64,000 nucleotides of DNA, taken from NCBI GenBank assembly GCA_024137785.1, contig JAHRHZ010000110.1, positions 62,001-126,000 on the forward strand, in the 5' to 3' direction. This DNA comes from Ginglymostoma cirratum (Eukaryota). The notes beneath the pieces were generated by a model, which was given only the letters and a program-made list of their open reading frames with translations, ran no database searches and was not told the DNA's origin. Positions 49,845 through 61,675 of the stretch are shown piece after piece (within the stretch, counting starts at the first letter, position 1; the number at the start of each line of letters is the position of its first letter). The translations under genes and the position numbers were made by a program.

Positions 49845-51919
49845 ACGAAAGCTGTGGTGTGTGAACACTTCTCATCGAGTTGTTTCAACAGGAAAGAGGA
49901 GCATTCAGCTTGTCTTCTCCCTGCCACAATCCATATATTTCTTGTCATACTCTATTTGGTCAGAACGGAGATTAAATTGAACGACATTTTTGAGGAAAAG
50001 AGTGAATGGGAAAAATCCATTTTTTTGAGCAGAGAGATTAAGAGTCAGATCAATTGATTTAGAAAGAAAGATGCATTTGTATTTTGAAAGCTCCTTTCAC
50101 CACCATCTCAATCACAACCAATGAGGTACTTTTGAAGCAGATTCTTCATTGGCCAATCTAATGTGAAAATCAGGGCAGTTTGTTTAACCATCAGTCAAAA
50201 ACGATACTGTTTCAACTACTTACAATTGGCACTAGATTCGCCAGTGAGTTCATTACTGACTTCGGTGGTTTGCCGTGCTCTGATTTACTCTGATTCAATC
50301 TCAGGGGAAGGAGTCGCCCATTTAACACAGAGATGAGGGGGATGTTCTCCCATTCAGAGGGTTACAAATCTGTAGACTTCTTCCAACAGAGTTCTGATAA
50401 TGCTGATTGTATTCAAGGCTGAAATAGACAGAGATTTAGTCATTTAGGGATTCAAGGGACACTGTGATAAGGCAGAAAAGTGCAATTGAGCTTTAGCCAT
50501 GATATCATTTAAAGATGTAATTGACCTAATAGACCAAAAGACTTCCATCTGGCCCAATGTCTTATCTGTCATTTGAAAAATGTGAGACAATTGTAAAGGA
50601 AGTAATAGAGAACGTTTATAAAAGGTTATTGAAGTCAAACACAGTCAACATCGTTTGTTGAAAAGCAAATCACACTCTGAAGAAAGGCCTAGGCCCAAAG
50701 TGCCAGTGTTTCTGTTCCTCTGATGCTGCTTGGCCTGATGTGTTCATCTCGCTCTACACCTTGTTATCTCAGATTCGCCAGCATCTGCAGTTCCTACATT
50801 CTCTGATAATTTTGCAAGACTTCTTTGGTAATATTACAAGCACAGTTGATAAAGGGAAACGGAAGAAGAAGTGCATTTGAATTTTTAGCAGGCACTCAAT
50901 AAGGAGCCATTTCTCAGGTCATTGCTCAAGATAGGAGTTTACGTTGTTCGGTATAAATGAGCATGGGCTGCCCATTGTTAATTAACATAAAATGCAGAAT
51001 CGAGATTAATGGGTATTTTTCAAGTTGGGAAGATATGTTTTGTGGAGTGTCAGAATGGTCAGTCATAGGGCTACAATTATTTATCTCTGTATTAAAGACT
51101 TGGAGGAAGTGCCAGCGTGTAATGTGTTCAGTTTGGCTGAAGATACGAAATAGACGGAGGGCATGTTGTGATAAGGACATGTGAATCTCCAAAGGGATAT
51201 TGATAGGTTGAGTAGGTGGACACAATCTTGGCTTATGCAGTTTCATGTCGGCAGTGTGAGTTCTTGCACTTTGGTAGGAAGAATCAAAAGGTAGACTACT
51301 GTTAAAATCTGGAGAAATTTCCAAAGAATAATGTACAAAGGAAACTAAGTGTTCTTGTGCATGAAGCAAACAAAGGTGAATGGCATATTTATTTTCCTGG
51401 CAAAAAATGGCCTCCTTTCCTCAAGCTCACAATGAAAGAGATGATTTCCCAGGAAAAGACAGAAACTAAGTACGTGTAAATTAATCGAAGGCCAGGATAT
51501 GCACAGTGTTGCTCTCTGGGACATATGTGATATATTCTTTATGATTCTGTAAACTTTATTTGCAATGGAGCTTGGAGTGGGAGAGGAGAAATTAATGTCA
51601 CCCGTGATTATTGTCATCACTTTATCTGTCACACACAATATCTGTTTGTTTATACGCTTGTTTTCATGTTGTGGTTATTGTTAGTATGCTTGTAGACTAC
51701 ACCCACTGGTGACTTTTTTCCCCTCACTATTCCTCATCGCGACGTAAACAGATTCTACATGCTTATCTCCTGAATTAAGGTAATCTCTAACCATTGCCCA
51801 AATGTCACCAAAAACTTCGGCATTTCACACGCCACTGTCTGCCTTCTTGCAATAGTAATTGATAATCTTCTGTGTTACAATTGAAAATATTAAAAGAAAA
51901 TAAAAGGGAAAACAAACAC

Positions 51920-51990
51920 TGCCGTGATTCGGATTCGAGTCGAAGCTGCTGCGGCTGTGTGCAGAGTATTAGCCATTATACGACCATGGC
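51920..51990 (-). tRNA. tRNA-His-derived pseudogene (copy of 19193)
   Basis: Reverse strand gccatggtcgtataatggctaatactctgcacacagccgcagcagcttcgactcgaatccgaatcacggca. Confidence 0.8.
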
Positions 51991-54485
51991 GCTTAACAAC
52001 GAGGCACCAGGAAACGTACAATAAGCACACTGTTGGGGGGATGACAGGAGCAGCACCAGAAACACAACAGAAATACTTATCAAATAGCAAACTGAAACGA
52101 GTGGCCAAAATCTATTGAATTAGGGGCCATCGAGAATTTCAATGTCCAGTATTCAGAGTATACAAAACTGATAGTGATAGATTTCGATACATTAAACATA
52201 TTAAGAAATCATGGGATAGTGCAGAAAAATGGCAGTGAAGCAAAAGTTCGTCCATAATTTCATTGATCAGTGAGGCAGGTTCAATGGGCTGAGTGGCTAC
52301 ATCATATTTGTTATGTTTCAAAATAAAAACATTACATTCTTAGATTCACTTGGCAAATGTAATTAATATTCGGGTGGAAATTATGTAATTCTTCTGGGCT
52401 GCGGTCTTTTCCGTATTTCTCAATTGGAAGTCGCGTTTTACATCGGCTACATCAGCAGTTTCCTCACACAAGGAAGTAACCACTTCTGCAGAAGAGCATT
52501 TAACCCCAATTCACAGCCCTGGAATCAGAGAAATTCAGTGCCCTAACACTCTAACATGCCCTAATATTCAAGGACTCTGCAGGTTGCAGCGGAAATTTAC
52601 AAGAATGTTGCCAGGACAGGATATGGTGAAACTTTGCAGAACGTTTGGTTAGGCTGGGGCTGTTCTCCATGGAACACAGGAGGCTGACTGGAGTTTATAA
52701 TCACATAACAGCATTTATTAACATTCAAAATTCTTCCGGGCCTTGATCGCGCAGATATGGACAAATGGTTTCTCGGAACATGAGAGAGAAGGACTATAGG
52801 ACATAATACACGAATGTGGTTTAGCCTATTTCATTCGAAAACGAGGAGGAATTTATTCGCTCAGAGGCCAGTGAAGTTGTGGAATTCTTTCCTGCAGACG
52901 GCTGTTGAGGCTGGATTGTTGGGTATTGTGAAACTGAGCTAGACAGACGTCTAATCAGTAAGATGTTCAAGAGTTATCCAATTCAGGCAGCAGGATGGAG
53001 TTGAAGATTGCCATTGAAAGGTGCATCAGACTCGTTGGGTCTACTATTTCTGTTCCTAATTCAGTCCTATTTAATCGACAGGTCCAAGATTGTTTTTGGT
53101 GGGGAGGTGGGTGGACATGGATAAAATTATAGTCTTAGTTTCACGCATTCACGCCTTGTAGCTAATCACGGCCTTTTCACGCCGCTCCCTCTGCATTTGT
53201 TTCCCACCGATGATATTTTGGATTCTTCCAACTGAATTGTAAGTCACTCGAAGGAAGATTGACTGCCAGAACCACTCCACAAACACTCAACAACCTTGCT
53301 TATCTTTGATAAGAAGCCCTGTCCACTGTGACTACTCACACAAAAGCAACATGGAGTCATTCTCTGTCTGAATTTTAAACCAAGGCGACAGTGGAGAAAG
53401 CTCCTTCCTAATGAGGAGATCATTAAAGAAGCGACAACTTAACAGTGAAAGTTCGTTCAGCAGCATTTCTTCTGCCTTGTTTCTTATTCCTTGTTTCAGT
53501 GAATTAAATGTGCCTATCAGTCTGTCACAGACTTTCACTTTTGTTGTTTTTACAGAGTCGTGCTTTTACACTTAGAAAATGCAGGGAATTCTCACAATCC
53601 TGTCCCTCCATACACGCGAATAAGCATTTCTATGATCGAAATAAAACATGTCTCACAGTATGAAGACATCTTCATTGTCTTGGAAAACCTTCAGAAGGAG
53701 TCCTCTCAGTTATCTGTTGTAATCTTAGCAAAAAGATCATTCTCGCTTGGATTCTGATCGTCACAGAGAGTTCAGGGAGATCGTGAAGATCCGATGCATC
53801 TTCAGTGTGTCCTTTTTCTCGAATTCCAAAATTAGGCGATTTTCACGTTCGTGACTTTAGACTCATTGTTTTTGGTCCTTGCAGTACATCCACATGGTAT
53901 ATATTTCCTGGAGACTTTGCCTGTAACTCACACAACAATCAGGAAGTGGACAGCACCAACCAGCATTGGAACGAAACTCATTGACTGACATTGGATTTTA
54001 CTGACACAGTCTATAAAATTCAGTCTCATCGTCAATGTGAAGAGGGGCTGTGGGATTGCAGTTTCCTCCCCTTCTGTTCAATAAGGATCATTCCAACTGT
54101 AAAAGGAATCGTTGTTGATCAGAAACATTTTTTCCTGAACTCACTGCCATCTGCTTTAACATGATGAGCTGAAATCTCATTATAGTTTGAAACGTAAAGT
54201 TGAGTGTTTACAAATTAGGTGAGAAAATGATGGTATAATGTTAGCAGCATCGCACTGTTCCTTGCTGAATGAAGTGGCTGCCCAAAGGGAGGCGGTTGTG
54301 TGTTTAAATCCCACGATGAGCATTTTATGTTTGGGCAACCAACTTCCCTGCAGCAGTGTTTCCAAAATGAAACAGACAGGAAAGTACCACGTGTCATTGA
54401 ACAGCCACTGAATAGGAGAAACACTATCAAGCAGCACCCCCTAACAACAAGCTCTGCTTTGCTATAAAGGAGAAGTGCTTCAACT

Positions 54486-54555
54486 GAGCTGAGTGGCGAT
54501 GAGCACGCAACGTTCTAATCTAGAGTCGTACATGCTACCGTGGCGCTACCAACTC
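54486..54555 (-). tRNA. tRNA-Trp-derived pseudogene, anticodon CTA
   Basis: Reverse strand gtagcgccacggtagcatgtacgact-CTA-gattagaacgttgcgtgctc. Confidence 0.75.
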
Positions 54556-55071
54556 ACAATTGATGGCCGTACTGCTGTGCAGAATTAAGTGAAGTGATCA
54601 TACCCCAATGAGAAACTGTTATGAGAAACGGAAGTAGGGAGCTCGCGCACTTTCTGCATCTTTTCTCCCCGCTCTCTACACGTGTCTCCAGTCGTCTTTA
54701 TTCACTCTCCACCCGTTTGCCTGTGCCTTTTTCTCCCTCAGCCTGCCCTTCTCCACCCCATTCTTTCAGCCTCCCTCTTCTTGCCATTTAATTTCCTCGT
54801 TGAAAATTCTGTTCTGAAGTGGGGAGATTGATTCCAGTCTGTGTGTTACAGGGTGGATCCAGGAATTACTCTCGAACCTCCATCAGGCACAACGAGAAAT
54901 AAACAATTTGGTTGTGGGATGGGAGTTGGGGTAGATTCCAATACAGAGACGTGCAGACATTTTCCCCAAATGTTCATATGAATAAACGACAAAACAAGTA
55001 ACTGACTGTATTCCTGCAATTGCATCATTAGAAGCCTAATGTTCTTGGTTACAAACAAACCTTTCGTCAGC

Positions 55072-55146
55072 GACCCTGGCACAATGGATATAGTAATGAC
55101 GTCTGTTTAGAGATCAGAAGATTGTAGTTTTCTCTCTGGTCAAGTG
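55072..55146 (+). pseudogene. Decayed tRNA-Arg(ACG)-type (copy of 15890)
   Basis: tggcacaatggata..gacgtctgtttagagatcagaagattgtag. Confidence 0.6.
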
Positions 55147-55383
55147 CAGCTCATGACTTCTTTATACTTCCGAATTACTATTTCTCATTGGCCTGAAGCC
55201 GCGATGAGGTTTGGATTTCTGTTGCGCATGAACGAGAATCCTCTCACAGTCTACAATCAGGAAATGTTACCAAGGACATCAGAGTGAATGTCCAAGCGTT
55301 ATCAAAGGAGTGGAAGCTGAAATAGTCCCACAAGCTGTTCATGGGCACCTTTCCATTTCCCAAACCCACTGACACAATCATGC

Positions 55384-55608
55384 AGAGATAGTAGGAGCTG
55401 TAGATGCTGGAGAATCTGAGATAACAAGGTGTAGAGCTGAATGAACACAGCACGCCATGCAGCATCAGAGGAGCAGGAAAACTGAAATTTCGGGCCCAGA
55501 CCCTTCTTCAGAAAATGTCTCGGGTCTAGGCACGAAACGTCAGCTTTCCTGCTCCTCTGATGCTGCTTGGCCTGCTGTGTTCATTCAGCTCTACACCTTG
55601 TTATCTCA
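55384..55608. mobile_element. Penelope-like inverted terminal pair (~90-bp hairpin arms)
   Basis: 55417-55505 is reverse-complementary to 55522-55608; minus-strand core CTGAAGA-a-GGGTC tg GGCCC-GAAA. Confidence 0.85.
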
Positions 55609-56035
55609 TGAGTTCCTATTGTGCAGCTTGTTTGTTGCCCAGGGTTCGTCTTCTTACATCAAACGTGCAGAAAGAGTCTTGAAACGTGAGTGTCGGTGTG
55701 TTTGTTGTGGCTGGGGAAGAGTTAATATCTGACACCAACAGTACCAGATTCAGAGACTCCGAGTGAAACTCTCACACATGGTGTCATTCTGGTTCAAAAA
55801 TAAGCCGTTTCATTCATCGAACAAGCAGCGACTCTTTGTCACGATTCTCTCTCCTCAGATGATCCATCGCCTGCTGAAAAATTATGATTTTCGGTTGATA
55901 ATTGAGGTATTTCCCGCGGGTACTGGTCATTATCCAAACATAGAGACTAGTCTGGTCCAAGAAATTCTGTTTTGCTCAACAACATTTTCGCACAGCTTGA
56001 TGCCCGAAAAATCTCTGTTCCATGTTAATAAAAGC

Positions 56036-56123
56036 TGCTCCGGGTGAGGTTAGAGCTCAAAGGCTCAGCATTTCATGTTCCTCTATACAGCCATAGAACG
56101 ACCGCGTTCTCACCAATTATGTC
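56036..56123 (-). pseudogene. 5'-truncated tRNA-Ile-derived relic, anticodon TCT
   Basis: Reverse strand gacataattggtgagaacgcggtcgt-TCT-atggctgtatagagg..atgctgagcctttgagctctaacctcacccggagca. Confidence 0.8.
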
Positions 56124-56629
56124 TTTTATTCCTTGGGACACGTGTTACAGAAATGTGGCAAAATGTAAAACATTTTTTATGAAAATATTCTCCGAGGTGA
56201 TGAATTATTTCCCTTAAAACCCTCGATGTTTCAAGAATCTGCGTTTGATGTATCAGAATTCAAACACAGTTCTTGGAGATTTCTCTCCGCTCCACAATTA
56301 CCAAACGTCGTAGACTTTCCTCGCTTCACTTCACCGAGGCACTGAGCAATCTAACACTCATTTTCGTATTGACACCGTTCAGGCTGTCCTGCTACGGTCA
56401 CTTTCGCTTCGTGAACGTTCTCCAGACTTATCAACGAAACATTGAAACCAGTCAATCCACTTTGATACTGCGGTTGTGAGACCAAACTTCATGTAAGAGC
56501 TTTTTTCCTGACATGCACCAGTGATTAGTGGAGCATCAGACTCAGGAAAAGACCAAAGGACAACATTAATCAAAAGAGACTTCGATGGAAAGACCATTTT
56601 CTGTGGTTTTCTCCGTCATTTAATTCATT

Positions 56630-57070
56630 TGTTCATTCGGCTATACGTAGGGTATTGTGTGCAGTTGTGTAATTCACATTACAGCAGGGATGTGATAGCA
56701 CTCGAAACGATGCAGAAGAGATTTACCATGATATTGCCTGGGCTGAAGACTTTCGGTTATGAAGAGAGATTGGACAGACTGGATTTGTTTTCCTTCGAGC
56801 GGAGGAGATTTACAGGAGGCAAGATTGAGACGTACAAAACAATGCGGGATATTGATAAGGTAGACTGAAAGAAACGTTTCCTCTTGTTGGCGAGATCGAT
56901 CAAAAGAGCGGAATAGATTTTTCAACCAGTGGTTGTTTGGAATCTGGAAGCCAGTGCCTGTAAGTGCTCTAGAGGCAGTCATCTGATTAACTGTAAGAAG
57001 CATTCAGACGTAAATTTGTGGTGCTAAGGCATACAAGGCTATGTGCCAAGCCAATGGAAAATAGAAATCG
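56630..57070 (+). mobile_element. CR1 ORF2 3' fragment
   Basis: YCVQLCNSHYSRDVIALETMQKRFTMILPGL..YEERLDRLDLFSFERRR. Confidence 0.85.
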
Positions 57071-57139
57071 GACAGCAAAGCAGTTTTATTTGCCTAGTAC
57101 ACGAGTCGGGCTCTCAAGGGCAGCGGTGGCCACGCGCCG

Positions 57140-57211
57140 TCCTCAGTAGCGTAGTGGTTAGTATCCCCAACTTCCCTGAGGGGGAGTGGGCTTCAATTCC
57201 CCGCCAGGGAG
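57140..57211 (+). tRNA. tRNA-Asp-derived pseudogene followed by SINE body
   Basis: tcctcagtagcgtagtggttagtatcccc..cttcaattccccgccagggag; anticodon arm scrambled. Confidence 0.75.
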
Positions 57212-57418
57212 ACTTTCAGTCGTTTTGATTCAACCTTGGGTGATGTCTGTGTGGAGTTTGTGCCTTGTCCCCTGGTCTCCGTTGAGCTTCCTTCTCACAG
57301 GCAAAACATCTGCTGGTTTGGTGAATTGGCCGTGGGAATTTGCCCGTCTTGTGCAGTGATGTACAGACCAGATAGTACAGCTGTGGGAAATTCAGGTTTA
57401 CGGAAAGCTCTTTTCGGA

Positions 57419-57517
57419 TCTGAGAATGGGTCACTGGACCTGCAACGTTAACTCTGATGTTTTCTTCACAGCTGGTGCGGGACCAGCTGAGCTTTTCCAG
57501 CAACTTTGTCTTTTTTC
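57419..57517 (+). mobile_element. Penelope-like terminal fragment (subfamily 2), hammerhead decayed
   Basis: tctgagaatgggtcactggacctgcaacgttaactctg..gctgagcttttccagcaactttg. Confidence 0.65.
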
Positions 57518-58245
57518 GAAAGTCGATGCAGTCTCACCTGTCCAAATGTCCTCATCTCTACATATGGGTTGCTGTGATCTCTGACTGTATGCTTTGTAGT
57601 CTTAATTTGGATTTTGAAATTGTCTGCACCAAAATGTGCGGCTCATTAACATCGGTTCAGAAGAGAGGTGGTCTCAATACGACTTCTTTTAAAAACCCTG
57701 TGTTCTGTTCTCGAGTCTGGAAAACAATTCCTCACAGATAATTTTACATTCACGCTGTCACGGGGATTCTCATTCCGTGACATGACCCACGCTACAACAA
57801 CTGTCATCATCATTTCTATGTTAAAGAACACTACTATTTTCTTACATCTCTCAAAGAAGAGTGAAATTAGCGTCAGTGCATCTCACTAATTGGATACAAA
57901 ATCGTAGCAAGAAGCAAAGCGTTTTTGCTGATGGGTGCTTTGTCACTGATAAACTGTTTCTCGTGTTGTTTCACAAGGCTCGGTACGAGGTTGCTTCGTA
58001 TAGACGTTGGAGCAGGAAGAGGCCAGGCGGTCCTTCCAGCCTGCTTCATTATTCAATATGATCATAGGGTTCACCCAACTCAGTAGCCTGTTTCACTTTT
58101 CACAGCAGATCCTTTTTTCTCTTGAACCCGAAGAACCATGACTAACTCCTTCTTATAAAAGTAATCAATGTTTTAGCTTCGAGATAACATGGTGTAGAGC
58201 TGGATGAACACTGCAGGCCAAGCAGCATCATAGGAACAGGAAAGG

Positions 58246-58277
58246 TTGACGTTTCGGGCCGAGACCCTTCTTCAGAA
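58246..58277 (-). ncRNA. Minimal hammerhead ribozyme motif
   Basis: Reverse strand tt-CTGAAGA-a-GGGT ctcg GCCC-GAAAC-GTC-aa. Confidence 0.72.
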
Positions 58278-58595
58278 ATGGGGGAGGAGAAGAGGGTTCT
58301 GAAATAAATAGGTAGACGGGGGAGGCGGATATAAGATGAATAGAGGAGAATATAGGTGAACAGGAGACAGACCGGACAAAAGGGCGGGGATGGAGTCAGT
58401 ACTGGTGAGTGTAGGTGGGGTGGTAGGGGCGAGATTGGTCAGTTCATGAGGACGACAGGTCAAGGGTGTAGGATGAGGTTAGTTGGTAGAAGATGGGTGT
58501 GGGGATTGAGGTGGGAGGAGATGATAGGTGGGAGGAAGGACAGGTTAGGGAGGCGGGGACGAGCTGGGCTGGTTTTTGGATGCGGTAGGGGGAGG

Positions 58596-58912
58596 TTAGA
58601 TTTTGAAGCTTGTGAAGCCCAAGTAATACCATTGGGTTACAGGGTTCCCACATAGAATATGAGTTGCTGTTCCTGCAACCTTCGGATAGCATCGTTGTGG
58701 CACTGCAGGAGGCCCAGGCTGGTCATGTAGTCCACGGAATGGGAGGGGTAGTTGAAATGGTTCGCGACTGGGAGGTGCAGTTGTTTTGTACGAACCGAGA
58801 GTAGGTGTTCTGCAAAGTGGTCCCCAAGCCTATGCTTGGTTTCCCCGATGTAGAGGAGGCCACAACGGGAGCAGCAGATGCACTATACCACATTGGCGGA
58901 TGTGCAGGTGAA
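58596..58912 (-). pseudogene. GIY-YIG endonuclease domain of the Penelope-like element, with stops and frameshifts
   Basis: FTCTSANVV*CICCSRCGLLYIGETKHRLGDHFAEHL..LPVANHFN..EQQLIFYVGTL*PNGI. Confidence 0.9.
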
Positions 58913-59255
58913 CATCACAAGCTTCAAAATCTCCCTTCCCACTACTGCTTCACAAAACCAGCCCAACTCGTCCCCGCCTCCCTAACCTGTCCTACCTCCC
59001 AATTATCCCCTCCTCCCACCTCAAGCTCCAACCCCATGTCCAACCTACTAACCTCATCCAGACCCCTTGACCTGCCGGTCCTCCCTGGCCTGACCTATCT
59101 CCTCCCTACCTCTCCACCTACACTCACCTTTACTGGCTCCATCCTCACCCCTTTGACCGGTCTGTCTCCTCTCCACCTATCTTCTCGTCTATCCATTTTC
59201 TATCCGCCTCCCACTCTTTCCCTATTTATTTCAGAACACCCTTCCTCTCCCACAT

Positions 59256-59287
59256 TTCTGAAGAAGGGTCTATGCCCGAAAAGTCAA
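59256..59287 (+). ncRNA. Hammerhead motif, right arm (ACGT palindrome mutated)
   Basis: tt-CTGAAGA-a-GGGT ctat GCCC-GAAAA-GTC-aa. Confidence 0.5.
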
Positions 59288-60193
59288 GCTTTCCTGTTCC
59301 TACGATGCTACTTGGCCTGCTGTTTTCATCCAGCTCGACACCATGTTATCTCAGATTCTTCGTCATCTGCAGTTCCTACTATCTCTAAAATGTTTTAGCT
59401 TCAACCGTTTTGTGTACCACAAAATTCTTCAGTCTCATTGCTTTCTGGTGATGATATTCCCCTCACCTCAGATCTAAATGGATTGCAGCTTATCCTCCAA
59501 CTGTGATCTCTTGTTGTGGACTCTCCAGTGATTGGGAGCACATATCGAAATTCTCTGCGCTATACAATCTCATTAGCACTGCAAGAAAGGGAATTGCTGT
59601 TTCGGCTCTCACAACTGAATCGATTTACCCAATATCTTGCTCAACTCCCTGCTTCCAGTAACCAATTCAATCAGGAACAAATCTATCAAAGGCTTTGATT
59701 TGCGATAAGGACTGAGGCTGCAAACTTGCAGAAGTCATTTCTTTCCACTATCACAATCTCCCCAGGAGCTCGTACAAATGGATTGGCGGATTTGTTTTCT
59801 CCTACACGCTCACTTTTTTGGCGACAACGTTCTAACTGCTCAATGATATAAAACTAATTCTTTTCGATCATTGGACCGACTTGTACGAATTTGCATGCAG
59901 CAAATCGAATACTATGAAACAGATAAACAGCCTCTTCCCTGGAATTCTTACATCGCTATTTCAGCGATATGGAGAAGATCGTCAAGCTAACACATCGTCT
60001 GCTTTCTCTCTCCTCAGATGATCGTTCTCCTGCTGAAAAATTATGCTTTTCGATTGATAATTGAGATATTTCCCACGGGTAACGATCATTATCCAAACAC
60101 AGAGACTGGTCTGGTCCAATAAACTCTGTTTTACTCAACAACATTTTCCCGCAGCCTGATGCCCAACAATCCCTGCCCCATATCAATAAAAGC

Positions 60194-60281
60194 TGTTTCG
60201 GGTGAGGTTCGAGATCACAGGCTCAGCATTTCACCCGCCTCTATACCGTCATCGAAGGACTGCGCGCTCACCAATTGTGTC
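60194..60281 (-). pseudogene. 5'-truncated tRNA-Ile-derived relic, anticodon TCG
   Basis: Reverse strand gacacaattggtgagcgcgcagtcct-TCG-atgacggtatagagg..atgctgagcctgtgatctcgaacctcacccgaaaca. Confidence 0.8.
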
Positions 60282-61295
60282 TTTTATTCCTTGCAAGACG
60301 TGTTAATGAAATGCGACCAAATATCAAACATTTTTATGAAAATATTCTCCGAGGTGATGACTTATTTTCACTTCAAGCCTTCGCTGATTCACGTATCTGC
60401 GTTTGATGCATCAGAATTCAAACCCAGCTCTTGGAGATATCTCTTCGTTCCACAATTACCAACTCTCCTGTACGTTCCTCGTTTGATTTCACTGATGCAC
60501 TGCGCAATCGAGCAGTCATTTCTAAATTGACGCCGTTCAGTCTGCCCTTTTTAAGTCAAGGCTGCTGGGTGCACGTGCCCCAGTTTCACCATTGGGACCT
60601 TCAAACCAGTCGTTCCATTTAGATACTGCCGTCGTGAGATCAAACCAGGTTTAGCAGCCTTTACTGACACAGACCAGTGACTATTGGAGTATCAGACTCA
60701 GGAAAGGATAAAGGGTAATATTGCTCAAAAGAAACCTAGTTTGAAAAGCCCAGTTTACGTGGTTTTCTGCGCCATTAATTTAATTTGCTCATTTGGCCAC
60801 AGCCAGAGTATTGTGCGCAGTTCCGTAATTCACATTATAGCATGGATGTGATAGCTGTGGAAACGGTGCAGATGCTATTTGCTAGGATATTGCCTGGACT
60901 GAATTGGTTCAGTCATGAAGAGAGATTGAAGAGACTGAGGTTGTTTTCCTTAGAGCAGAAGTGATTCAGAGGGAACATGACTGAGACATACAAAATAATG
61001 AGGGAGATTGATAGGATAGACTGAAAGAAATGTTTCCTCTTAATGAAGGATCGATCACCAGGGGGCCGCAGATTTAAGATATTTGGTGGAAGGGTTTGAG
61101 TAGATGAGCATAAAAACGTTCTGAGCCAGCATCTTTTTGGACTCTGGACCAAACTGCCTGTAAGTGTCCTGGAGGCAGATTCCCTGATCACCTTATGAAG
61201 CATTCAGATGACATAATTTATAGTAAATGGGATTAGGATTGTTAAGGGGCTGTTTTTGACTTGTGCACGAGTAAGAGGCTTTTGCACTCGTGATG

Positions 61296-61368
61296 TCCTC
61301 AGTAGTATAGTGATTTGGGGCCCTGCCTGTGAAGCAGGTTGACCACGGTTTATTTGCCCATTGGGTGG
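61296..61368 (+). pseudogene. Decayed tRNA-Asp
   Basis: tcctcagtagtatagtga..ccctgcctgtgaagcagg..gaccacggtt. Confidence 0.65.
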
Positions 61369-61384
61369 GATCGAAGCATTTTGG

Positions 61385-61675
61385 GGCCTTTTAGTGACAG
61401 TGACCCTGGTTTGATCGCCACTTTGGATGACAGTCTGTGTTGAGTTTGCACATTTTCCGCGTGTCTGTGTAGGTTTGTTTCGGTTACTTCCCATAGTCTA
61501 AACTCTTGTATTGTAGGTGAATTGGCCATAAGAACTTACCTCGTCGTGTGCAGGCCAGATGTTTCAGCTATATAATAGGCGGTTTTACTCGGATAGGCTG
61601 AAAGCTCTTCGGAACATTGATGCAGACTCAACAGGCCGAATGTTCCCTGTCTCTGTTATAGGTTTTCTATGATAG
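61385..61675 (+). mobile_element. HE1/V-SINE, 5' decayed
   Basis: gacagtctgtgttgagtttgcacatt..gtgtctgtgtaggttt core plus CR1-type tail. Confidence 0.7.

Larger units (their letters stand above)
46306..55382 (-). repeat. Right arm of ~9.1 kb inverted segmental duplication
   Basis: Reverse complement of 15654-24787, diverged, with small indels. Confidence 0.95.
55845..57690 (+). repeat. Ile/CR1/Asp/SINE module, direct copy at 60003-61780, inverted relative at 32230-34260
   Basis: Colinear similarity, e.g. ctctctcctcagatgatc..ctgctgaaaaattatg in both direct copies. Confidence 0.9.
58181..59388. mobile_element. Penelope-like retroelement: ~435-bp inverted arms, GIY-YIG remnant, 14-bp TSD
   Basis: Arms 58181-58615 and 58915-59352; aatgttttagcttc at 58167-58180 and 59389-59402; inserted in a CR1 3' fragment. 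Confidence 0.92.

Noticed and set aside
15654-55382. Haplotype or assembly false duplication
   Set aside because: Arms differ by many substitutions and indels throughout, beyond allelic variation
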